Shown here: positions 19,679 to 28,943 of the stretch, one piece after another | Numbering within the stretch: the first letter of the stretch is position 1 | Layout: each line of letters begins with the position of its first letter | DNA from: a virus | Lineage: Duplodnaviria; Caudoviricetes | Length of the DNA stretch: 45,567 nucleotides | Reading direction: 5' to 3' (one strand) | IMG/VR virus record: IMGVR_UViG_3300032318_001350 | Location: 1 to 45,567 of that record | The notes under the pieces: generated by a model | Database searches by the model: none | Seen by the model: only the letters and a program-made list of their open reading frames with translations | What the model was told of the DNA's origin: nothing | Program-made: the position numbers and the translations under genes

Positions 19679-20500
19679 TCACCATTTTCCAATGGGACAG
19701 TTTTCTGTTGAAAGCTTTGTTTTGAACTTTGTAAAACATCCACACTTGCGGCATCTGCCAATACCAGCTAACGCTTTAGTGTAAAACTCACATCCTTCGC
19801 AAATTTGTAGTCTTTGCTCGAGTTCATCTTGGGAAGCGATTTTAAAGCCTGATTGACTCCAGTTTTTCATGCTTGCAGAAAACGATCTTCCCATTGTTAC
19901 AAGAGAAGGTGGATTTTGATCCTTATTTTCCGCCCGCTTTTGCGCTAACTCGAGCGAATGATTTAAGTGAATTAATTCAGATCTACTCAGCAAATTTGGC
20001 TGATTCCGCAGGTTGTAAAGATCCGAAAAATACAGGGGACACATGGCTATGTCGTATAAACTTTTGTCGGGAAAATGAAGTGTAAAGTCATAGCTGGAAA
20101 GATAACGTCTAATTTTCGCTTCGTTCATATCGACACTCGCCAAAAAATTTTGCGTGATTCCCACGGCCTCGCCAGCTTGGATCTGGGCTAAAATTTCTTC
20201 GTCCGAGTATTCGCTAGCTAAAGCGTCCCCGCGAAAAATTGACTTCCCATCAAAAACAAAATTATTGCAGTAGAGGTTAATCCTGGAGCCGAAGAATGCA
20301 AAGTCTGCTTTTTTATCAGGGACGATTTCTTTTACTTTAGCTGAAAACTCTGGTCTTGTTTCAAGTGGGACGTTGAAAAAGTCTATATCTGCGTAGCCTT
20401 GCTCTGTAGGTTCTCCATATTTTAGCCAAGCGCGAACGTAGCCACCAGCGATGATTGCGCCGTAGTCAAAGACTAATTTGTGAAGTGTTTCGTGGTTCAC
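19679..20500 (-). CDS. nucleotidyltransferase-like (PolyA-pol/CCA head) domain fused to C-terminal Cys-rich Zn-finger (DUF6171-like)
   Basis: IIAGGYVR...ADIDFF; RLQICEGC...RCRKCGCF..K...CPIGKW; GTG start overlapping the upstream TAG. Confidence 0.65.
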   Translation of the reverse strand: MNHETLHKLVFDYGAIIAGGYVRAWLKYGEPTEQGYADIDFFNVPLETRPEFSAKVKEIVPDKKADFAFFGSRINLYCNNFVFDGKSIFRGDALASEYSDEEILAQIQAGEAVGITQNFLASVDMNEAKIRRYLSSYDFTLHFPDKSLYDIAMCPLYFSDLYNLRNQPNLLSRSELIHLNHSLELAQKRAENKDQNPPSLVTMGRSFSASMKNWSQSGFKIASQDELEQRLQICEGCEFYTKALAGIGRCRKCGCFTKFKTKLSTENCPIGKW

Positions 20501-21498
20501 TAGTAAAAGAAAAGACCAAAAGGGTTTATTGTTAAATTGTTTAAAGAGTTGGATTCATAGCTATAATCTTCCGTGCAGGGCGAAGGGCAAGATCTGGCAT
20601 TATGTATATCGTATATTTTAACTGGTTTAGCAACCCCATCACGGACTTCAAAATCCACACTTGTCTCAGAAGCCGAAAAATCCCATGTATCGCAGGTTAC
20701 TGTTTGTGTAGTATTGTCACCAGGGGAATAGCAGCTCGCCTCTTCTGTTCCATTTCTTAGAATATAAAAATTGTGTCCCGCAAAATAGCCGTTACTACCG
20801 CAGTCGCATCCTCCTACAATACTAATATTAGGGTAGTATTTATTTCCGACTTTAACAACTTGGGGATGGTTTTTAAGCAGACTTGCATCGGTTCCATCTC
20901 CGCCGTAATACGGGTAGTTTAAATAAGCAAATGGCTGGTCAAAAGCTCTAAACTGCCAATAGCCCGGATTAGCTCCATTAGGATAACTATAATCTCTAAA
21001 AGCGCAGACTGTAGAATCCCATGTGCCTATTTGGTAGTAACCATGCCCATATTTACCGCAGCCTTTAAAATCCTCGACTGGATTGCCTATCATATTGGCA
21101 TACATAAGATCGCCGTTATTTAAAATGTCTTCGCAACTGTCATCACCAATTCTTACGTATCTTGGTATGCCTCTAGTTAAAGTCTCGCCTGCATTGGAAG
21201 CGGATTCTCCACCATCAGGACACGTTCCAGATGCGCCTCCCCAATAAATTTGACTGCCTTTCCAGTAAAAATTAACGAGTTCTTGAAGGGTAAACTCAAC
21301 GGGCCATAAACTACCAACGTAGTCTCCACTCCAGTTTACATACCAATTCGGTTGGTAATTGTTTGAACCGTTATACCACTCCACATAGCTATTTGCTATG
21401 TAGTAGTTCAGATCGTCCATAGTCCTGCTATCTGGATCGGTGTCTAAATCTAGAACGCAGAACGGCAAGCTGTCAAAATATGAAAAATTTTCGCTCAT
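20500..21498 (-). CDS. Cys/Tyr/Gly/Asn-rich putative tail tip or receptor-binding protein
   Basis: Aromatic- and Cys-rich, AT-rich DNA, inside the tail block. Confidence 0.55.
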   Translation of the reverse strand: MSENFSYFDSLPFCVLDLDTDPDSRTMDDLNYYIANSYVEWYNGSNNYQPNWYVNWSGDYVGSLWPVEFTLQELVNFYWKGSQIYWGGASGTCPDGGESASNAGETLTRGIPRYVRIGDDSCEDILNNGDLMYANMIGNPVEDFKGCGKYGHGYYQIGTWDSTVCAFRDYSYPNGANPGYWQFRAFDQPFAYLNYPYYGGDGTDASLLKNHPQVVKVGNKYYPNISIVGGCDCGSNGYFAGHNFYILRNGTEEASCYSPGDNTTQTVTCDTWDFSASETSVDFEVRDGVAKPVKIYDIHNARSCPSPCTEDYSYESNSLNNLTINPFGLFFY

Positions 21499-23018
21499 GA
21501 CTGGACTAAAAAGATAGTTGCTTTTCCATCAACGCAACCATGCAAGGAAGTAAATGGTGAGTGGGCATCTTGCCTAAGTTTCCAAGCATCCCCATCTTGA
21601 TACACATAAGCTATTATAGCAGAAACAAAGTTTTGTTCGTTTGTGCTACCATCCCAAGAAGCTCTTTCTGGGGCGGAAACACCCCACTCAATTTCAAAAG
21701 TATCATTGTTAATTTCGGCATCCACTACAGTAGCTTTTAAAGTCACAAATCCAGTTTGAAGATTAGTCCAAGTATCAAGTCCGGTAACTGTGTAGCTACT
21801 AAAAGTGCCTACATTTTTATAAACTTTACTTCCAACCTCAATTTTTCCTTGATAAGTGTTTCCTTCTTTTTTGAGCGTAACTTTCCAAGGATGCGGTGGT
21901 GTGTCACCACCAGCAATATAATAACCATCGTCAGGCGGCAAAGTGCCTTGACGCTCATTCCCTACAGCGCCTTCAATTACAGCGGAGTGCGTGTTATCTA
22001 GACGGGCTAGAATCTTGCGTTCTCCATCTTTTCTCGTAAAAAGAATCGGAATAAAGCCTTTGTAAAAATAGGAAGAATCGCCATTTTGAACAGCGGCTGC
22101 CTGCTCTTTATTCATAACTTCTAGCCGTGCATCATTCGTTCTTTCCGTGTATTTCTTATCTCCTTCGCCTGAGCGTTTACCAGGCTGATCTTCTTCAATA
22201 GCTTTAACTTTTTCTTTGAACTCCTTTTTTTGCTGCTGGTATTCCTTTTGCTCCCGATCTTCCTGCTCGGATCTAGACTCGCCTGGAAGTCGATTTTTTT
22301 CTTGTCCAAACTTAGGCTGATTTTTGCTCGAGTCCCAATCGGAAGTCCCCTTAGTTTCAAGCCAATTAACACCCGTGGCTCCTGGTGTTACGGAAGCAAC
22401 CAGTTGCGCTTGTAGCTGAGGCGTTATTGCTGGTGGGGTATATCCAGATGGATTCGCCGAAGTTGCCGCATTAGTAACTCGGTCGTAAGATTCTTTTTCT
22501 TCTTTGCTAGCCAAGGCAGATGGCTTATATTCAGGATCAGCTTGAATACGCCTTGCTGTCCTCGCATCCATTTCTTCCTCGTTGCGAGCAGCTGAGGTCT
22601 TGGGCGCATTACGAGCTGCCGATGCCGCTTCCATTTCCTGTAACGTGGTTACGGAACCAGTTGTAGGCGGCTGCACGATAGGAACTACCGGTGGTTGTGG
22701 AACAGGATTAAGCTGCGCAAACTGAGCAGACGCTGGCGGCTGCGTTGGGATTTCAAACGAGATTTTTGCTCCATTAACTTCTGGGCTTTGTCCGTTAATT
22801 GTGATCGTTTTAGCCTGATCACGAAACGTCGAAAGGGCAATATCTCTAACTGTATCCTCAATGTTAGGTGGAATATAAACAGGAAGCTGAGGCAACCTCG
22901 GCGGAGGTGTTTCCGCAAAGGTTCCTGGATCGGTTGCGGCACGATTGATCTGACGATCCGCGATAATATCGGGAGGCCGCTTATCTTCGTTGTCAGGTAT
23001 TGTGCCTACAGTCGACAT
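21495..23018 (-). CDS. putative tail protein (Pro-rich N-terminus, charged middle, beta-rich C-terminal domain starting PPHPWKV)
   Basis: 507-aa coupled ORF in the structural block. Confidence 0.6.
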   Translation of the reverse strand: MSTVGTIPDNEDKRPPDIIADRQINRAATDPGTFAETPPPRLPQLPVYIPPNIEDTVRDIALSTFRDQAKTITINGQSPEVNGAKISFEIPTQPPASAQFAQLNPVPQPPVVPIVQPPTTGSVTTLQEMEAASAARNAPKTSAARNEEEMDARTARRIQADPEYKPSALASKEEKESYDRVTNAATSANPSGYTPPAITPQLQAQLVASVTPGATGVNWLETKGTSDWDSSKNQPKFGQEKNRLPGESRSEQEDREQKEYQQQKKEFKEKVKAIEEDQPGKRSGEGDKKYTERTNDARLEVMNKEQAAAVQNGDSSYFYKGFIPILFTRKDGERKILARLDNTHSAVIEGAVGNERQGTLPPDDGYYIAGGDTPPHPWKVTLKKEGNTYQGKIEVGSKVYKNVGTFSSYTVTGLDTWTNLQTGFVTLKATVVDAEINNDTFEIEWGVSAPERASWDGSTNEQNFVSAIIAYVYQDGDAWKLRQDAHSPFTSLHGCVDGKATIFLVQS

Positions 23019-23668
23019 TAGAGTATACTATTCCCAGCGTGATCGAAAACCGATCCCCAGCAACCTTCGAGCGTATGCGCGAGCGTGTAGTAAGGATCAG
23101 CATGGTAAAGTTTTTTATCGTGGCCCTTGCTCAAAAGCTTTTCGTAAAGATGCTTTGGTTTAGCCTGGATAATCTCACGGCGAATCCAAAAAGATGCACC
23201 AATACTAAGTGGCACATTAGGCCCAATTTCGCCATCTGGCCACATAATGCTCAAGACTTCAAAATGCTCCATTCGAGCACCTTCACGCTCGGGCTTGTTG
23301 TGCTGATTTGGTGAAGGAGCATATTGCTTGCCAAAGTAGGACATCGGCGCACGAAAAGCAGGCCGACCAAAAAGCAGCTCAAGCAACAAGCGATTGTCGC
23401 CCCACATAGCTGCGTGAGGCCAAGGATCACCTTGCAAAAAGCAAACAACCTCGGGAAGGCTGTCATATTTCTCGATGATGTAATTAAGGTAATGACCAGC
23501 CTCGCGTCCAAAGTTATCACGTAGAATTAGCTCGTCCGCGCCTTGTGGTTTGCCGCAGTTATTACTGTTTGAGACCACGATGCGGTATGGCCGCTCTTTT
23601 GGGAGGTATTTGAGCCAGCCTAAATTTTCTCTGTGCGTGGCTAGTAAGATATCGTAGTAGGTTTCCAT
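23018..23668 (-). CDS. DUF3431-like protein (possible glycosyltransferase)
   Basis: RENLGWL...NFGREAGHYLNYIIEKYDSLPEVVCFLQGDP...F..RRE.I...AHTLE..W..VF matches the DUF3431 pattern as I recall it. Confidence 0.75.
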   Translation of the reverse strand: METYYDILLATHRENLGWLKYLPKERPYRIVVSNSNNCGKPQGADELILRDNFGREAGHYLNYIIEKYDSLPEVVCFLQGDPWPHAAMWGDNRLLLELLFGRPAFRAPMSYFGKQYAPSPNQHNKPEREGARMEHFEVLSIMWPDGEIGPNVPLSIGASFWIRREIIQAKPKHLYEKLLSKGHDKKLYHADPYYTLAHTLEGCWGSVFDHAGNSIL

Positions 23669-23685
23669 TTTATGTATTATATTAG

Positions 23686-26349
23686 TTATGCGTATTCTGG
23701 GAGATACACCTCGACAATCTCGGTGATCCAGATTCCAAGCTTCCAGTGTTCACTTTGACGCGACACTTCAAGCCAATCCCCAAAAGGCAAGCTAACTGGC
23801 GTTGTTGCGGGGATTGTAAAGTTTCCAGCCATAGACGTAATCGCAAGCTGACTACGCAGGCATTTTGGTAGATTAACACTAAAAAACGTCTTTTGTTTTG
23901 TTGTGCTGATTGAGTTCGAATTACCCTGATTTGTTGAGCTATTCGTGCTCGATGTCGTGCTACTTCCCGTGGACGAACTAGTCGTTGAAGTAGTAGACGT
24001 CCCAGTTCCAGAACTCGTGCTTGCAGTAGTCGAGCTATTTGTTCCAGCGGTAGTTGAGCTGTTCGTCGCGGTGCTTGTGTTGCTGCTAGTCGTCGAAGTC
24101 GTGCTGCTGCCGGTGGAACTTCCTGTAGTCGAAGAAGTCGAAGTCGATGTCCCGCTGCCTGTCGTTGAACTTGTGCTCGATGAAGTTGAGGAGCCAGTGG
24201 AGCTCGTCGTCGAGGAACCCGTCGAACTGCTGGTTGAGCTTCCAGTATTGCTGGTCGTGCTCGAACTAGTGTTGGAACCAGTGGAAGACGATGTATTTGA
24301 TCCAGTTGTGCTCGTAGTTGAGCTACCAGTTGTCGACGAAGTATTACTTCCGGTATTCGAGCTAGTTGAACTAGTCGTTGAGCTGGTTGTGGAACTCCCT
24401 GTCGTGGAAGATGTCGTGCTTCCTGTGTTGCTAGAAGTAGAGCTTGAGGTATTTGAAGTCGTCGAAGTAGTGGTTCCAGACCCTGTCGAACTTGTTGTAG
24501 AGCTAGACGTGTTAGAGCCAGTGCTACTTGTTGTCGAAGAAGAAGTATTACTGCCGGTAGAACTTTGCGTAGTCGAACTCGTTGTAGATGACGTATTGCT
24601 ACCCGTGTTACTGCCTGTTGACGATCCAGTGCTTGAAGCCGTAGAAGACGTTGTGCTGTTACCATCACCATCTGAGTAACGCCATGTTTTATCCCCACCG
24701 CCCACAGTTGGCGCTCCCGTATCACTACTGTTAGTATAGTCGTCACTTTCCCAGACGTTGTTGTTCGTGTTACTTGAAGTGCTTGAGGACGTAGAAGTGC
24801 TTGTAGCAGAACCCGTCGAAGACGAAGTGTTAGAGCTGGTCGATGAGCTGGTGTTGCTACCAGTGCTCGAGCTTGTGCTTGATGCTGTCGTGCTTCCAGT
24901 CGTGCTAGAGGTCGAGCTGGAAGTATTTGAGTTAGTAGAACTCGTCGTGCTTGAGCTAGTCGAAGACGTAGTAGTTGAGCCAGTATTGCTGGAAGTATTT
25001 GACGAAGTATTCGACGAAGTGCTTGACGTTGTAGAACTTGATGTCGAACTACCTGTATTGCTACCTGTGCTAGATGTCGTGTTTGAAGAAGTTGAGCTAC
25101 TCGTATTTGATCCTGTGCTGCTACTTGTAGTTGAGCCGGTGGAAGAAGTTGTGCTGCTTCCAGTATTCGATGAAGTGCTGGATGTCGTATTTGAAGACGT
25201 GCTTGATCCAGTCTGACTAGTCGTTGACGACGTTGTGCTACTTCCAGTCGAACTGTTTGTCGAGCTAGTTGTCGTCGAAGATGTGTTACTTCCAGTAGAA
25301 GATTGCGTCGAGCTGTTTGTCGAGCTACCTGTTGAGGAAGTTGTTCCAGCGTTAGTTGACGTAGAAGTTCCCGAGGAAGTAGAACTTGACGTAGAGGTGT
25401 TTGTCGAAGAAGACGTTGAGCTTTGCGTGGAAGATCCTGTTGACGTATTCGTAGAAGAGGAAGTTCCTGCGTTCGTTGACGAGTTGTTTGAAGTAGACTC
25501 GGTATCTGTTTCCGAGACGCTTTCTGACTGATACTCGACTAAAAGATTATATGGCTCAGGCCGAAGAACTGTTGCCGTGTCAGAAGGATCGAAATCAGCT
25601 GGTGGCCCCAAAGAAAACTTACGTGTATACTTCGCCTTCATCGGGCCATCTGGAGCAACACGCCATTGAGGCACAGCTTGATAACGCTCGGTTCCGATGA
25701 TGTCAAGTCCGATTAAAACATCGGGAAGATTTTCACGCTTGCGGCCATACCAAACTTGATCGTTGGGTAATGCGCCTACTGATGTAGTCGTGCGCCAGGA
25801 GTGCCATTGATCTTTTGGCTCAATTTCCGTGGCAGACAAGCCATCTTGTGAATACCCGCCTTGAGTGCCGGCTTCGACAATTTGCTTTTCATAAACGAAA
25901 GGAACGCCATAACGAGAGTCAATTTGGATACCTTCGAGAATAGGAAATTCAGTGACACGAATGGTTTGTGTCTCGACCATGCCGTTACCCAGCGGTTTTG
26001 CCTCGCTGGAAATAACGCCAAACCCACCAGTAACAGTCGCCGGCTCCTGACCAAGTGTAGTCTCAACATCTGCAACAACCCCACCAAAATCTTGAACGAT
26101 TTGCTGCCCTTCGATTGAGATTGGCAGCTGTGTAATGTCAATATAGGCATTGACTTTACGCCGTTCGTCCGTATGCTCTTGCAAAACAGACGAAGAAATT
26201 AAGCCAGAACCAAGCGCGTCTGGCTCGACTTTTTCATCCACGTTTTGCTTTTCAACGCGGATTTGAAGCTTATTCGTAGCCCAGTTAGGAAGATTACGAT
26301 AATCTCCCTTGAGCTTGTCGATTAACTTTGGCCCTGGATTCTTTGCCAT
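23686..26349 (-). CDS. 887-aa tail-module protein with about 510 aa of Ser/Thr tetrapeptide repeat in two symmetric arms
   Basis: Globular aa 1-274, xSxT repeat aa 275-531, tip aa 532-564, xSxT repeat aa 565-817, globular aa 818-887; TAATG-coupled to the adaptor gene. Confidence 0.85.
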   Translation of the reverse strand: MAKNPGPKLIDKLKGDYRNLPNWATNKLQIRVEKQNVDEKVEPDALGSGLISSSVLQEHTDERRKVNAYIDITQLPISIEGQQIVQDFGGVVADVETTLGQEPATVTGGFGVISSEAKPLGNGMVETQTIRVTEFPILEGIQIDSRYGVPFVYEKQIVEAGTQGGYSQDGLSATEIEPKDQWHSWRTTTSVGALPNDQVWYGRKRENLPDVLIGLDIIGTERYQAVPQWRVAPDGPMKAKYTRKFSLGPPADFDPSDTATVLRPEPYNLLVEYQSESVSETDTESTSNNSSTNAGTSSSTNTSTGSSTQSSTSSSTNTSTSSSTSSGTSTSTNAGTTSSTGSSTNSSTQSSTGSNTSSTTTSSTNSSTGSSTTSSTTSQTGSSTSSNTTSSTSSNTGSSTTSSTGSTTSSSTGSNTSSSTSSNTTSSTGSNTGSSTSSSTTSSTSSNTSSNTSSNTGSTTTSSTSSSTTSSTNSNTSSSTSSTTGSTTASSTSSSTGSNTSSSTSSNTSSSTGSATSTSTSSSTSSNTNNNVWESDDYTNSSDTGAPTVGGGDKTWRYSDGDGNSTTSSTASSTGSSTGSNTGSNTSSTTSSTTQSSTGSNTSSSTTSSTGSNTSSSTTSSTGSGTTTSTTSNTSSSTSSNTGSTTSSTTGSSTTSSTTSSTSSNTGSNTSSTTGSSTTSTTGSNTSSSTGSNTSSSTTSNTGSSTSSSTGSSTTSSTGSSTSSSTSSTTGSGTSTSTSSTTGSSTGSSTTSTTSSNTSTATNSSTTAGTNSSTTASTSSGTGTSTTSTTSSSTGSSTTSSTNSSTNQGNSNSISTTKQKTFFSVNLPKCLRSQLAITSMAGNFTIPATTPVSLPFGDWLEVSRQSEHWKLGIWITEIVEVYLPEYA
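23899..25527 (-). repeat. degenerate 12-bp (4-codon) coding repeat encoding xSxT
   Basis: Thr roughly every 4th residue; synonymous codons are mixed, so no long exact DNA repeats were noticed. Confidence 0.9.
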
Positions 26350-27017
26350 TATGGTAAAGCGTTAAAGTGAGCGTTGCGCATTTGACTGTCCCAGCCAATC
26401 AAGCCGGCAAGTTGTTTTTGCACAATTTCCTCTGTGATGGACAAATTACCTTCTTGGCGTGGAACAAATTCTTTTGTTCTATGGTTCAATGTTTGAAGTG
26501 AAGCCCAAAATAAATAATTGGAACCATGAATAGTCATCCAATCAATATCTGTGTAAGAGCCATAAGGCTTCATCCACGCGTAGGCGTCCATGCGTAGAGT
26601 CAGCGGTGTTGAATTAGCGGGAAAAAGATGTAAGCGATTTCCGATGATAGCAGCTTTTTGTTCCACCATTACATCGGAAGCTACTAAGGTTGTTGTTTGC
26701 AGCAGGCTATAATAGTCAATAGGAATCTCACGAATCCCACCGCTATCCGATACTGCATACAGTTTTTTAATGTTCCTAACAAGTGTAGGAACGCTTGTAA
26801 CTAGGTCATCAGCAAGCACCCAGTCACATACACCAGTAACAGCTGGGATGACAAGAATTCTCTTATTCAATTCAAAGGCATAGGCCTGTTCGGCTTTTAG
26901 CCGAGCCTCGTTGAGCGCATCGAGCACCATATCTCTCCCCCCAAAGAGAAAGTCAGGGCTGACGCCCTCTTTATCGAGGTAATAAACAAGCTTGTCTTTG
27001 ATTGGTTCTAAGTTCAT
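26349..27017 (-). CDS. putative head-tail adaptor/connector
   Basis: LDALNEA..., IIGNRLHLFP, DWM...YLFWASL pattern; position after the capsid genes. Confidence 0.6.
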   Translation of the reverse strand: MNLEPIKDKLVYYLDKEGVSPDFLFGGRDMVLDALNEARLKAEQAYAFELNKRILVIPAVTGVCDWVLADDLVTSVPTLVRNIKKLYAVSDSGGIREIPIDYYSLLQTTTLVASDVMVEQKAAIIGNRLHLFPANSTPLTLRMDAYAWMKPYGSYTDIDWMTIHGSNYLFWASLQTLNHRTKEFVPRQEGNLSITEEIVQKQLAGLIGWDSQMRNAHFNALP

Positions 27018-27046
27018 TGTATCCCAGCTGTTAAGGTGTTGCGTGA

Positions 27047-27226
27047 TTACTGGTTAGAAGGCATACCACCCAGTTTACCGGCAGCGTGGCTACCAGTATG
27101 ATACTGTTTGGTTTCGTTCTTGCCAGACAGCGAGTCTTTAGCCTCGCCTTTGAGCTGCGAGGTGTCTTTAACATCCTTGCCGCTATTTGTAGTTACGGAC
27201 ATAGTCCGCAGATTTGGAACGTCCAT
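27047..27226 (-). CDS. 59-aa small hydrophilic protein (not in ORF track)
   Basis: MDVPNLRTMSVTTNSGKDVKD...GGMPSNQ; strong AAGGAGG SD; fills the gap after the 108-aa gene. Confidence 0.75.
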   Translation of the reverse strand: MDVPNLRTMSVTTNSGKDVKDTSQLKGEAKDSLSGKNETKQYHTGSHAAGKLGGMPSNQ

Positions 27227-27235
27227 ATTTCCTCC

Positions 27236-27562
27236 TTAGCTCATGATTCCCTTGACAATACCCCGGAAAGTTCCAGTTACACTTGTAGGCGTAGTGGAGT
27301 TACCGGCGGACAGAAGCAATTCAGTTCCAGCGTAGTTAGGCGCCGAGCTGACAACAGCAGCATCATCACTTTTGATGAGGTCACTGCAGTCAATAATGCT
27401 CGACATCCCAAAAGCAGATGCTGGAATCTTATTGCTTGATGCTCCTGATCCCGCGGATGTTATTTCCGCTTGGACTTGGAGGGCGGTGTGACGCTTACTG
27501 GCCACACCACCCTCAGTCCACGAGTTCAGGATCGTTACGTTTGCTCTAGTTAGATCAGCCAT
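27236..27562 (-). CDS. putative capsid decoration/cement protein
   Basis: 108-aa beta-rich S/T/A/G protein directly after the MCP. Confidence 0.6.
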   Translation of the reverse strand: MADLTRANVTILNSWTEGGVASKRHTALQVQAEITSAGSGASSNKIPASAFGMSSIIDCSDLIKSDDAAVVSSAPNYAGTELLLSAGNSTTPTSVTGTFRGIVKGIMS

Positions 27563-27579
27563 AATGATCCTTTATCAAG

Positions 27580-28911
27580 TTACGGAGCGTAGTCGCGCAC
27601 GTTTTGGAGATACATATGGCTCTCAGGGAACCGCAACTCCAAACCGGCTTCAGTCAACCACTCATCTTTCCGATAGTCCGCGTCATTCGGCTGACGATTC
27701 TTGAGCAGCTCAGTATCACGGCCATCGAGGTAACGATAGACCAGATTCTGGGCGTCAAGAATCAGCGCGTTATAACGCAGAGTCGGGTTTTGAGTGAACA
27801 ACGGATGCGTCTTGTAGTAGATAGTTCCGAACGGAGTCAGATGCTTCACCACATTCATGCCGTAGGTATCAGTCATAGGCAAATCAGTGTTAAGCACTGA
27901 CTTGCTCTTATAGAGCTGATTGATGACGTTGAGGAAGCCAGAACCACAAAGAACGAGCTTCTCATTGACGGTATTATTCGTCACGCGGAAGACGCGCTCA
28001 AGGTAGGTGTCATATTGCTTCTCAGACAAGGTGCCAGCACTATTCGTGATGATACGCTTGTTGTCGTCACTGTCCAGCGTAGCTGCCGTATTCTCATACG
28101 TCGAGCCGGCTTCCCACTGCTGCAAGAACCACAGGATACCTCCCATAGTGCGCTGCGGCGTGTCCCCACCCGTGTAGAGCGACTTGGTTCCGAAGAGCAT
28201 GGCTTTTTCGATTTCGATCATGTTATTGACCGAAGCTTCTTTTGCCATATCCTTGTAGATACCAGTCTCGTCGAAACGAGCCGAGGTCTTAAGGGCCGTG
28301 CCAGTGATAGTGAACGGAGTGCGGAAGATCTGCGTGTAGTTACCAAGCTCCACAGGGAGATTGTAAATACCGCGAGACGTATCCACAACACCTTCTGCAA
28401 ACGACGAACCAACGACAAGGGCTTCCTTGCCATTGTTAGCAGTCGTATTCAGAACTGTGCTGGACGGAACCTCGAGGAACCGTGCTTCGAACTTATTGGA
28501 ATCCACGACCGAGACGACGACGAGTTTCAAATCAGCCGAACCACTGGTAAGACCAGCGTTGGTGATTTGAACGACGTGACCAGGACGCAGTTTTTCCGTG
28601 CCATTGGCAGCCGTTTTGACGCGGATTGCCAAACCTGCGGTAACAGTGATCGGACTGGAAGCGTCCGTGTTACCGCCCGACGTAGTGAACGGCCCCGCGG
28701 AGTTCGCAGCAGCGGTGACAGTGCTTTGGTCTGCCATGCGCTTCTCGAACCACTTGAACTCGGGGTCGTTTGATTTCTCTTCCTTGAGAAGAGACATGAT
28801 ACCGGTAAGCGGAGCTGCGCCGTTCGGGTAGAAGTAGAAAACACTCCTACGCACGTTTTTAAAGCGCTGCGCCGAATACTTTTCGGTATCCATTAGACCT
28901 AGAATAGCCAT
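27580..28911 (-). CDS. major capsid protein (DUF5309/SU10-like HK97 fold)
   Basis: FKWFE, GSSFAEG, NYTQIFRTPFTITGT, EIEKAMLFG, MGGI, TPFG, EAGLE motifs; follows the scaffold gene. Confidence 0.88.
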   Translation of the reverse strand: MAILGLMDTEKYSAQRFKNVRRSVFYFYPNGAAPLTGIMSLLKEEKSNDPEFKWFEKRMADQSTVTAAANSAGPFTTSGGNTDASSPITVTAGLAIRVKTAANGTEKLRPGHVVQITNAGLTSGSADLKLVVVSVVDSNKFEARFLEVPSSTVLNTTANNGKEALVVGSSFAEGVVDTSRGIYNLPVELGNYTQIFRTPFTITGTALKTSARFDETGIYKDMAKEASVNNMIEIEKAMLFGTKSLYTGGDTPQRTMGGILWFLQQWEAGSTYENTAATLDSDDNKRIITNSAGTLSEKQYDTYLERVFRVTNNTVNEKLVLCGSGFLNVINQLYKSKSVLNTDLPMTDTYGMNVVKHLTPFGTIYYKTHPLFTQNPTLRYNALILDAQNLVYRYLDGRDTELLKNRQPNDADYRKDEWLTEAGLELRFPESHMYLQNVRDYAP

Positions 28912-28943
28912 ATTGGTTATTTCTTTCTATCTTTTGGTTTCGA

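Noticed and set aside
23899-25527. Ice-nucleation protein or CRISPR/DNA tandem array reading of the repeat
   Set aside because: No AGYGST-type octapeptide and no constant DNA repeat with spacers; periodicity is at protein level. Ice binding by a Thr array cannot be fully excluded.
23945-25531. Long + strand V/E/L/D-rich ORFs (23945..24679, 24758..25216, 25235..25531) and the alternate-frame R/L/Q ORF 23682..24746
   Set aside because: Shadows of the Ser/Thr codon repeat; they start and stop with the repeat and have no independent signals.
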